This document shows, piece by piece, positions 21,301-29,109 of a stretch of 64,000 nt of DNA. Source of the stretch: Dulcicalothrix desertica PCC 7102 (GTDB lineage Bacteria > Cyanobacteriota > Cyanobacteriia > Cyanobacteriales > Nostocaceae); contig NZ_RSCL01000015.1 in the NCBI RefSeq assembly GCF_003991905.1, positions 1 through 64,000 on the forward strand, read 5' to 3'. The notes under the pieces were generated by a model that was given only the letters and a program-made list of their open reading frames with translations, was not told the DNA's origin and searched no databases. A program made the translations under genes and the position numbers. The number at the start of each line of letters is the position of its first letter. Position 1 is the first letter of the stretch.

Positions 21301-22138
21301 TTTTTGAGCAATTTGCAATAATTATTTTTTCTATTTGGTCATCAACGTGCTTTTCTATATGCGATATTGTTATTTCTTCTAGTTTTTCGCGATTTTGAAT
21401 ATAATAAGATGTCTTTGTTGATTTTGTTTCATCTTTAACTATTACAGATTCTAGTTCAGGGATGAAAACAAGGGTATATATAATTGCATTGTGTAAATCT
21501 TCAATTCCTTTTTGAGCAACTTTAAATCCTTCTTTATTAAGCCGGTAACGAAATGATGTATCACAAGTTTGGTATAGCTGATAATCAGGAGGTAAAGTAG
21601 GACATATGTTTTTATCGTCTAGATGGCGCCGAATATCAGAAGCTTTTTTGACTGCTTCAATCATTTCTTCGATTGTTGCAGCACTTCTATCTAAATTTAA
21701 ATTAAATCGCTTATAAATTTTACATTTTGGATCTTCAAATATACTACTTAACTGAACTACTTTAGATAGTAAGTGGGTGGTCATAAAACCTGTACCAAAC
21801 TTACCAGTAGTTCTGACTTTATTACTATCGCTTTGATTTTCTGTAGGTTTATTACTATTTCTATCTTTTGTTGAAACTTGTTCAATTAAATATGTAATAT
21901 TTTTCATCAAGAACGGCTTACCGTTATGCTTGAACTCAAGATAGTCTTGATTCAAAATTATTTCTACTTTAACCTGATTATGAGCAACATCTTTAGCGTT
22001 TTGTAAAAGCTCCCAAATCCAACGCCGGGGTGATGACTCGCTACTATATAACCTACGAATACCGTCAAATAGTTTAGTTGCTGTTTGCTGTCGGTGAGCA
22101 TTTTCTAACTCGTCACGATACTCTTGTTCGTAAGTCAT
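18344..22138 (-). CDS. Large multidomain protein: N-terminal sacsin/GHKL-like ATPase, three internal repeat modules, C-terminal PD-(D/E)xK nuclease-like (DUF3883-type) domain
   Basis: 1264 aa; ELLQNAKDV and GKFGTGFMTTH motifs (Bergerat fold as in sacsin). Three paralogous modules (YAILPNQYGVFQLR...IPDGLKEVL / IAIFPNQQGVFRKK...VPEQLKDVL / YAILPTQNEDFKLK...IPEELKEIA). C-terminus GFDLLYSQEG...IRVEAK fits D...(E)xK. Confidence 0.6.
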   Translation of the reverse strand: MTYEQEYRDELENAHRQQTATKLFDGIRRLYSSESSPRRWIWELLQNAKDVAHNQVKVEIILNQDYLEFKHNGKPFLMKNITYLIEQVSTKDRNSNKPTENQSDSNKVRTTGKFGTGFMTTHLLSKVVQLSSIFEDPKCKIYKRFNLNLDRSAATIEEMIEAVKKASDIRRHLDDKNICPTLPPDYQLYQTCDTSFRYRLNKEGFKVAQKGIEDLHNAIIYTLVFIPELESVIVKDETKSTKTSYYIQNREKLEEITISHIEKHVDDQIEKIIIANCSKTINLADEQGEISIAIQLEQINNQYSVVKLNSSAPLLFCDFPLIGSETKFKYPVVINSPLLEPTEPRDSILLDDRNETGGKKNRAIFEETISLYGILLDYAAQNWLNPHLLALAELPKNIDSEWYESHIQSFIRAKVLESKIVRTNEGVNIKLKDALIPEYNNKNLLEFWEITAFLHSSKLPQRQDIKEWSEVIGLDNRYPKELRYNLQRLLAEISEQKTLENLSARLGLRDTNTLTWLNRVISFIIESKQLELLDNKYAILPNQYGVFQLRTQLRLDENIPDGLKEVLFILGEDWKQELLHLNVNSKLERSYSTRNISERIGAIFTEKAHPNLRDAAYLLASYLPNSESNKKAIKTDFLEKRIQIWQFAKALDNNVPEIKKLFDWTPSLWDINDEWLLNTLIQDIAQYQDVITLHTNLGKTTELESINWLSSFINFLKANKKQSLYSEIAIFPNQQGVFRKKAELLFDKNVPEQLKDVLERLNASCRSRLLHRNILNFDKSLEQYRVANNSKEINDIIRGKGRDQSEDFKRAIYNLISYFQFGSREVNRLKIWQFARDIYNQAIPDKVEIDNLEEFDWEECNKWIIIAIVEEVAQASRLTTLASFLSQTKELTTSWLNNFLCFVNTIDYTLFDKYAILPTQNEDFKLKKSLKRDGGIPEELKEIARYLRLQDWNDFLLLKNDSFTKARQIIDVKEIVTLEDIANEIDNAIRDYEGDKEDNNFRQVVQQLLHWSNSIVEKKFEKLFTYFFQRRAELVLQTLGNDEVRNNIFDVLQAPPDKLDAIANIARKPYITANDLNQLAEKIDTYKALENLKGESNVETEIVVSLLAELGINCVLPVTNQGVIYINDNSTSLIENPEDYSLVEEPDNYSVTENLVTNSLISIPNQNDDSPSSGENAERYGQIGELWARRLYEEFLEYTILARDGSGFDLLYSQEGAENIRVEAKAITYHKHYIHVTKNEWQKMVNYGDNYELLIISHNQGTPQ

Positions 22139-22578
22139 AGTATTTTACCCTGTTTATGCTAAAAGTACTGGTAATTATTTTCGCTATGCTTAGTATTCCC
22201 AGAAATATGTAGAAACTAAACCTGGGCAGAGCAACTTTATCGAAATTAATGTTATTAATGTCAATTCTTCTCTAGCTTGGTCGCGACAGTATGTTGGCAT
22301 ATATTCCTGTATAAGTTTTAACTTAAAATCATTATTCCATACAGTTAGGATACCCACGATTAGAACGAAACTAACCTTGTGATAAGAAGCGGCGCCTTTG
22401 TAGCAAGTGTATGATTTCTAAGACTTGCTTTCTATAAATGATTTAATTTCACTTACCGTTTTATGACTGTTAATCATTGCCTGTACTGCCGTTACTTTAT
22501 TCCTGGGTATTGACAACGAGCGTCCTTTCCATTCGCCGTTTTCTGAAACCTCATATGAATATGCCCAATACTAGTGTT

Positions 22579-23031
22579 CTAATTTGTTTGGGTCACGTTC
22601 ACCTTAAGAGCATCTACAGTTATGAATCTTACGCCAACAATAGGAGCGATTTCTGTTGCAACGTACTCCAGTGCCCATTCTACTAAGCAGCGACCAACTC
22701 CTTTTGCCCTTTGGTCAGCAGCTAACAAGCCTATTTTTATCGCTGGGAAAGTTTGATACTGCACGCCTTCTTGAATCAAGATTTGCTCGTCAACTTCTAG
22801 CTTATCTGCCAGTAAAGTTATATATCCAGCTAGCGCATCACCAACACGAATAATCCAACACTGGCTAATTAAAGCATTTACTTCACGTTGTACTCGTCCC
22901 TGTCGCCAGTAGGTTACAAACTCACCTCGCAAACACCTAAAACCCTGACCAGGAACATCCAAATCAGGGGTTAGCTTTTCGACATCAATCTGAGAGAAGT
23001 CAACTCCGGCAAATTTACTGCTGGCTGCCAT
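22579..23031 (-). CDS. GNAT family N-acetyltransferase, toxin-like (TacT/AtaT/KacT-type)
   Basis: About 150 aa from MAASSKF; acetyl-CoA binding region QRAKGVGRCLVEWALEY; its start ATG overlaps the stop of a small upstream ORF (ATGGCAGCCAGCAGTAA). Confidence 0.55.
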   Translation of the reverse strand: MAASSKFAGVDFSQIDVEKLTPDLDVPGQGFRCLRGEFVTYWRQGRVQREVNALISQCWIIRVGDALAGYITLLADKLEVDEQILIQEGVQYQTFPAIKIGLLAADQRAKGVGRCLVEWALEYVATEIAPIVGVRFITVDALKVNVTQTN

Positions 23032-23188
23032 TAGCTGCTTGTTTCTGACGACGACGCTCGGCAATCTTTTTTGATAAAGCAATAGCTGTTTCATTTGCTA
23101 CATAGCCACCTGACATAATCGCATGAGCTATTTTTCTAGCTTCATCACCAGTTACCCGTTGAGATACAGTACCAAGAGGATAATCCAT
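23015..23188 (-). CDS. Putative antitoxin (small RHH/DUF1778-like protein, 57 aa) translationally coupled to the GNAT toxin
   Basis: ORF MDYPLGTVSQRVTGDEARKIAHAIMSGGYVANETAIALSKKIAERRRQKQAANGSQQ found by hand on the minus strand (below the 60-aa track cutoff); 4-codon overlap with the GNAT gene. Confidence 0.4.
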   Translation of the reverse strand: MDYPLGTVSQRVTGDEARKIAHAIMSGGYVANETAIALSKKIAERRRQKQAANGSQQ

Positions 23189-23337
23189 ATAAGCTTGATA
23201 TACACTTTTTCTAGTATAACAGTTTTGTAAATGGTTATAATGCTAACAAATATAAATTTACAGGTGCCTTTAATAGTTCTAGTTTTTATAAAAGAAATGC
23301 TGAAAACCCTGTCCTTTTAAGGCAGGGATGAAAGCTG

Positions 23338-23372
23338 TATGAAGCCTTTTAAAGCTTCATATTTTTTTTTAA
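23338..23372 (+). terminator. Rho-independent terminator-like hairpin TATGAAGC-CTTTTAAA-GCTTCATA followed by T9
   Basis: Read directly; no annotated plus-strand gene upstream, which suggests an unannotated small RNA or an orphan terminator. Confidence 0.4.
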
Positions 23373-23761
23373 TTCTGTGGTAAGATTTTATAGTCAGTAC
23401 AAGACGTTAAAACCTACCCCTGGACTGAGGGAAAGTAGACGCCTGTTCGCGAAGCGTGCCGAAGGCATAAAACCTTGAGGAGACATCAGCACGCTCAATT
23501 TTGAGCAAACGTGTTGAGCCTGGGAACCCAAAATACAAGGCAAGTCCCTGAATCTGGGATACGGCACAAGATAGACTGAAATGAGCCGTGAATCTCTGCT
23601 CCTAAAGGACACCGAGAGTCAAAAGCGAGAAAAGAGTGTTTTTCATTGCTTAACTTTTCGCGCTTAATTTCTGATTTATTCGCGCTTAACTTTTTCTTGT
23701 GTTGAGGCAGGCAGGGATGCATGCTCCACAAGATTGTTAATTGTTAATTGTGATGTTGCTG

Positions 23762-25414
23762 TTAGACGTTACATGTTAGGTCGCCGGCTTTTTGGGAGAA
23801 GCGTGCGTTTTCGCGGTAGTCTACTGGGCAGTCTATTACTGCGGGTACGTCTTGGGCTAGTGCTTCTTTGAGGACGGGTATAAAGTCGGTAGCGGATGTG
23901 ACTCTGTAGCCTTTTAATCCCATGCTTTCGGCGAATTTTACGAAGTCGGGGTTGCCGAAGTGGACGAAGGATGAGCGACCTTTACCGAAGTGGTTTTCTT
24001 GTTTCCATTCGATTAGTCCGTAACCTCCGTCGTTGAATATTAAGGTTACAAATGGTGTGCCTACTCGCAGTGCGGTTTCTAGTTCTTGACAGTTCATCAT
24101 GAACCCTCCGTCTCCTGTGGCTGCGATGACTTTGCGGTTAGGATGTACTAGTTTGGCTGCTAGGGCGCCTGGTATGGCTATACCCATTGCTGCGAAGCCG
24201 TTAGATATTATACAGGTGTTGGGACTGTGGGCATGATAGTGACGGGCTATCCACATTTTGTGGGCGCCTACGTCTGATATTACGATGTCTTCTGGCCCCA
24301 TTACTTGCCGCATGTCGTAAATTAATTTTTGCGGTTTTATTGGGAAACCGTCATCGGATGCATATTGTTCGTAGTCTTCGCGGATGTTGTCACGTAGGGT
24401 GAGTGAGTAGGGTTTTGCTTTGCCGTGTCTGTCGGCTACTTTTAATATTTCGTTTAATGAGTCTGATATGTCACCAACTACTTCAACTGTTGGTATATAA
24501 CTGCTGTCTATTTCTGCTGAGTTGGCGCCTATATGTATGATGGGTATCTTACCGTTGGGATTCCATTTTTTGGGTGAGAATTCGATTAAGTCGTAACCAA
24601 TGCAAATTACTAGGTCTGTGTTATCAAAACCGCAGCTTACAAAGTCGCGTTGCTGTAACCCAACTGCCCATAATGCTAATGGATGAGTATAAGGTATTAC
24701 ACCTTTACCCATGAATGTATTGGCTGTAGGGATATTTAGTTGAGTGGCAAATTGTGTTACTGCATCACTCGCTAACGCGCGGATTGCTCCGTTTCCTACT
24801 AAAATAATTGGGTTTACTGCTTGAGATATTGCTGCTGCTGCTGCGCGGATACTAGCAAAAGAAGCAAAAGTTCTATCGGGTTTGTCGATGCGTAAGGGTT
24901 CACCTTCTACTGGCATCGCTGCGATGTTTTCGGGTAAGTCGATATGCACTGCACCAGGTTTTTCGCTTTGCGATTTTTTGAACGCTTTACGTACTAGTTC
25001 GGGTGTGATGCTTGGTCGAACTATTTGTTTACTCCATTTGGTGACTGGGGCAAACATTGCTACTAAGTCTAAGTACTGGTGCGATTCTATGTGCATTCTG
25101 TCAGTACCAACTTGTCCGGTTATTGCTACTAACGGCGCCCCATCTAAGTTAGCGTCGGCAACACCTGTCATTAAGTTGGTTGCACCGGGACCAAGTGTAG
25201 AAAGACACACGCCTGCTTTGCCGGTTAGGCGCCCGTATACGTCAGCCATGAAGGCTGCACCTTGTTCATGACGGGTAGTAATGAATTGAATCGAAGAATT
25301 TTTAAGTGCTTCGAGTACGTGTAAATTTTCTTCTCCAGGAAGACCGAATACGTACTGTACGCCTTCGTTTTCCAAACATTTTACTAATAATTCTGCTGTA
25401 TTCATTGTATTCAT
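23762..25414 (-). CDS. Thiamine-diphosphate enzyme of the acetolactate-synthase family; likely 2-oxoglutarate decarboxylase of the cyanobacterial TCA bypass
   Basis: 550 aa; TPP-binding GDGGFMMN...NDGGYG motif. Sits directly upstream of, and co-oriented with, an SSADH-like ALDH, as in the Synechococcus PCC 7002 2-OGDC/SSADH pair. Confidence 0.7.
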   Translation of the reverse strand: MNTMNTAELLVKCLENEGVQYVFGLPGEENLHVLEALKNSSIQFITTRHEQGAAFMADVYGRLTGKAGVCLSTLGPGATNLMTGVADANLDGAPLVAITGQVGTDRMHIESHQYLDLVAMFAPVTKWSKQIVRPSITPELVRKAFKKSQSEKPGAVHIDLPENIAAMPVEGEPLRIDKPDRTFASFASIRAAAAAISQAVNPIILVGNGAIRALASDAVTQFATQLNIPTANTFMGKGVIPYTHPLALWAVGLQQRDFVSCGFDNTDLVICIGYDLIEFSPKKWNPNGKIPIIHIGANSAEIDSSYIPTVEVVGDISDSLNEILKVADRHGKAKPYSLTLRDNIREDYEQYASDDGFPIKPQKLIYDMRQVMGPEDIVISDVGAHKMWIARHYHAHSPNTCIISNGFAAMGIAIPGALAAKLVHPNRKVIAATGDGGFMMNCQELETALRVGTPFVTLIFNDGGYGLIEWKQENHFGKGRSSFVHFGNPDFVKFAESMGLKGYRVTSATDFIPVLKEALAQDVPAVIDCPVDYRENARFSQKAGDLTCNV

Positions 25415-25437
25415 AATCTATTGCCCCTGTTCTCTAA

Positions 25438-26811
25438 TTATTTCTGCCACACTGTTTTAACATTTACAAACTCATGTATCCCCTGGATACTTAGTTCGCG
25501 ACCGTAACCAGAATGTTTAATGCCCCCGAAAGGTAAGCGGGGGTCTGATTTTACCATGCCGTTTATAAATACTGAACCTGCTTCGATTTCGTTGATGAAA
25601 CGTTTTTGCTCGCTTTCATCGTTACTCCAAGCACTGGCGCCTAAGCCAAAGGGTGTATCATTGGCAAGTTCAATAGCTGCGTTGATATCTTTGACTCGAA
25701 ACAACATTGCTACTGGTCCAAAGAATTCTTCTTTGGCAATGGGGTTTTCTTTGGAAATTTTTAAGATTGTTGGTGGATAAAAGTTACCAGGACGGTCATC
25801 GATAGGATTACCACCTGTTAATACTTTTGCACCGTTGTTGACGGCAGCTTTGACTTGCGAGTCTATATCTTGGAGGATGTTTGGTGTCGCGAGTGGGCCA
25901 ATGTCGGTGTCGGTTGACATGGGGTCGCCGATTTTTAATGCTTGGAATTTTTGTAGGAGTAATTGTTCAAATTTATCTGCTATTGTTTCAGTGACTATAA
26001 ATCGTTTGGCTGCGATGCATGATTGTCCGTTGTTTAACATGCGCGCGCTTGTGGCTGTTGTTGCTGCTAGCTCTAGGTCTGCACTCTCCATTACTATAAA
26101 TGGGTCGCTTCCACCTAGTTCTAATACGACTTTTTTAATTTCTTTGCCTGCTGTTGCTGCTAGTGAGGCGCCTGCTGGCTCGCTACCTGTTAGGGTTGCC
26201 GCTTTTACGCGGTCGTCGGTTATAATGTCAGCGACTTTGTTGGCGCCGATGAGGAAAGTTTGAAATACACCTGCTTCAAACCCTGCTTTTTGGAAAATTT
26301 CTTCGATGGCTATGGCACACTGAGGTACGTTTGAGGCATGTTTTAATATACCAACATTACCTGCCATTAAAGCTGGTGCCGCAAAGCGAAAGACTTGCCA
26401 AAACGGGAAATTCCACGGCATCACAGCAAGAATAATACCTAATGGCTGGTAGCGAATAAAACTAGCGCTCGCATCTGTTTCGACACTTTTATCAGCTAGA
26501 AATTGCGGTGCCGTTTCGGCATAATAACGACACACTAGAGCACATTTTTCGACTTCAGCAATAGCACTTTTATAAGTTTTGCCCATTTCTAAAGTCATCA
26601 AAGCTGCAAATTTAGCTTTGTCTTGTTCTAAAATTTCTGCTGAAGAATTGAGTAAATGCGAGCGCGTATCGAAACTTGTGTGACGATATTTCAAAAATAC
26701 CTGCTGTGCCAAATCTATTTTGGCGCCTATTTCACTATCATTGAGCGGCTCGAAAGTCCTGAGTAGTTCCCCGGTAGCGGGATTTATGGTGGCTATTGCC
26801 ATGACAAACAC
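25438..26811 (-). CDS. NAD(P)-dependent aldehyde dehydrogenase, succinate-semialdehyde dehydrogenase-like
   Basis: 457 aa; ALDH catalytic region ELGGSDP (Glu) and NNGQSCIAAKR (Cys). Confidence 0.75.
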   Translation of the reverse strand: MFVMAIATINPATGELLRTFEPLNDSEIGAKIDLAQQVFLKYRHTSFDTRSHLLNSSAEILEQDKAKFAALMTLEMGKTYKSAIAEVEKCALVCRYYAETAPQFLADKSVETDASASFIRYQPLGIILAVMPWNFPFWQVFRFAAPALMAGNVGILKHASNVPQCAIAIEEIFQKAGFEAGVFQTFLIGANKVADIITDDRVKAATLTGSEPAGASLAATAGKEIKKVVLELGGSDPFIVMESADLELAATTATSARMLNNGQSCIAAKRFIVTETIADKFEQLLLQKFQALKIGDPMSTDTDIGPLATPNILQDIDSQVKAAVNNGAKVLTGGNPIDDRPGNFYPPTILKISKENPIAKEEFFGPVAMLFRVKDINAAIELANDTPFGLGASAWSNDESEQKRFINEIEAGSVFINGMVKSDPRLPFGGIKHSGYGRELSIQGIHEFVNVKTVWQK

Positions 26812-26917
26812 CTCCCGTTAAATACACCTATAGATAACATTGATTTTTGACTTAACCATTATGGTAAAGAGCAAAAATTAATTATGTATAACACTATTAT
26901 AATTTTAGTGTCTGCTA

Positions 26918-26985
26918 TAGAAACCGGTTTTTTTTATTAGATTGCAATAAAAATGACAATTTTGCTTAAAAACCCGGTTTATTGC
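26918..26985. repeat. GAAACCGGGTTTC-family dispersed element (copy 2)
   Basis: AGAAACCGGTTTTTTTTATTAGATTGCAATAAAAATGACAATTTTGCTTAAAAACCCGGTTTATTGC. Confidence 0.6.
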
Positions 26986-27092
26986 ATTTTAGATTTAAAA
27001 TTTACAATGTTAATTAGTATATATATTTAAAACAATCACTTTTGTATTTACTTATTCAGTATTTATACTGATGAAATTAATATAATTATAAA

Positions 27093-28730
27093 TTAGTGCA
27101 TCCTTGTTTGATATACTTTTACTAGACGGTCAATACCTTTAAAGCGGTACTCACCCATTTCGTAAAATGAAGAATTGGAATTAAGAAGTTGGTAAGTTGC
27201 TTCACTTATGACGCATTCACCTGGTGGACATACACTTTCTAAACGTGATGCTAAATTAATTGTTGCTCCTAATGCAGTGTATTCTACCCGTTGTGAACTG
27301 CCAACATCACCTACAACGGCTTTACCACTGTTAATTGCTATTCGTAATTGTAAAGGTTCTTGCCAGAAGTTATTGGCATTTAGATTCTCTAACCGAATTA
27401 ACATTCCTTGTGCAGCAGCAACCGCACGTTCTGCGTGGTCGGGCTGTAGTTCGGGGGCGCCGAAAAAAGCCATGATACAATCACCGATATATTTATCTAA
27501 AGTGCCACCGTAGGCAAAAACCTCTTGAAGCATTTCTTCAAATAAATTATTGAGCATTTCGGCAATTTGCGTTGGTGTCATCCGTTCGGAAATAGCTGTA
27601 AATCCAACGATATCGGCGAATAAAATGCTAATTTCGCTTTCTTTGGGTGGTAAACGTCCATCGGGTAAAGCACCAACCTCGATTAATTGCTGAACAACTG
27701 CTGGTGAATGATATCGTTCTAAACGCTGACGTATTACTTCTTCGCTTTTGAGTTTTTCTGCTAACAACCAACGTTGAACGCTCGATGCTACAATATTTGC
27801 TAGCGCTGAGAAAAAACTTAACTCTTGCTCTCCTTCTGCTTCCCAATGGTATGAAGAAAGATGCGCGTCTGCATATAAAACGCCAACTACTTTATTTTCA
27901 TCCCATAGAGGTACAGCCATTGCGCTGCGTATATCGTTCATTAATATGCTATGTTCGCTTGCAAATCTTTCGTCGTTTTGTGCGTCAGCAATTTGAATCG
28001 CTATTTTTTCTTCAAATACTTTTTGGCAAATACTGCGACTTACCCAACTGCCATCTGCTGAGAGTTTTTTTTCTTTAGCAGAAATTCGTACTGCTGCACT
28101 TATTAATTCTAGCTTGCCACAGCCTTTAACATCGATTAATAGGGCTAAACGGTCGATGCTGTCTAAGTAGCGAAATACAACTTCTTGCACTTGTAAAAAA
28201 ATTTCTTCTATTGACGCTGCTGCTGAGAGATTTTTCGCGATGTTTACTAAATCCTTAAGACGTGCAATTGTTTTATCTTTGTTACTATCGCTACCTGAGT
28301 TTCCTTGTGCTTCTATCCAGCTTTCTTGTAACTGCTTGACGTTTCGCAAGATAGTTCGCTGTTCTCCTGCTTCTGGGAACCCCGGCGCCTGAAGACGAAA
28401 ATTATTATCTTTGAGAATAACGAGCAGGCTGATGTTTCCCAACCATATTACATCGCCATGATGGAATTGTTGTGGTGCCGTAATCATTTTATCATTAACG
28501 TGTGTCCCGTTTTTGCTTCCCAAATCCTCAACTGTCCATGTGTCGTCAGGTGCTTTTACTAAACGAGCATGATAGCGAGAAATTCCGCCAAACGGTAAAT
28601 ATAAGTCGCATTCCGGTAGACGACCAATTGTAAACACATCTTGATGCACTTCTACCGTTTTTTCAGTATTTCCCTCTTTGAGTCGTAGCTTCAGGTGGGT
28701 CATGGGTGACGAAAACTCCATCCAGGGCAA
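27093..28730 (-). CDS. FHA-GAF-adenylate/guanylate cyclase (class III nucleotidyl cyclase)
   Basis: 545 aa; N-terminal FHA (TIGRLPECDLYL...ISRYHARL...GSKNGTHVN), central GAF-like, C-terminal cyclase core ILFADIVGFTAISERM...GDCIMAFFGAPE. Confidence 0.8.
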   Translation of the reverse strand: MPWMEFSSPMTHLKLRLKEGNTEKTVEVHQDVFTIGRLPECDLYLPFGGISRYHARLVKAPDDTWTVEDLGSKNGTHVNDKMITAPQQFHHGDVIWLGNISLLVILKDNNFRLQAPGFPEAGEQRTILRNVKQLQESWIEAQGNSGSDSNKDKTIARLKDLVNIAKNLSAAASIEEIFLQVQEVVFRYLDSIDRLALLIDVKGCGKLELISAAVRISAKEKKLSADGSWVSRSICQKVFEEKIAIQIADAQNDERFASEHSILMNDIRSAMAVPLWDENKVVGVLYADAHLSSYHWEAEGEQELSFFSALANIVASSVQRWLLAEKLKSEEVIRQRLERYHSPAVVQQLIEVGALPDGRLPPKESEISILFADIVGFTAISERMTPTQIAEMLNNLFEEMLQEVFAYGGTLDKYIGDCIMAFFGAPELQPDHAERAVAAAQGMLIRLENLNANNFWQEPLQLRIAINSGKAVVGDVGSSQRVEYTALGATINLASRLESVCPPGECVISEATYQLLNSNSSFYEMGEYRFKGIDRLVKVYQTRMH

Positions 28731-29109
28731 AGTTGTGCTAGCATCTTAACTCAGCAGCCTGTTGGCTTGGTAATTGATTAGTCATTTTTAGCCCACACTC
28801 CTTGATATGAGTAATATAAAGCACATAATATTTTCGCAATCTAATTCCAGAAACGCAAGGTTAAAAGTACTGGATAGCTTAGACAAAAAATTTAATCTGA
28901 GTAATTTCAACTAGAGTATAGCTTATTGGCATAGGTCAGGCGAGTGCTGTAGGTCAGGTGAGATGCCTCATTTACGGTTATTTTTTATACAAATACAAAT
29001 ACAAATAAGTATTTTTGCATATTCTTTACAACGGCTTTATTCTATCTTGACCTTTTTTTAGTCAATATTATATAGACAAAATATTTTAGCGACTAGATAT
29101 TAATAAATA

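Noticed and set aside
25520-26263. Antisense ORFs of 86 and 142 aa inside the aldehyde dehydrogenase gene
   Set aside because: Nested antisense to a well-supported CDS
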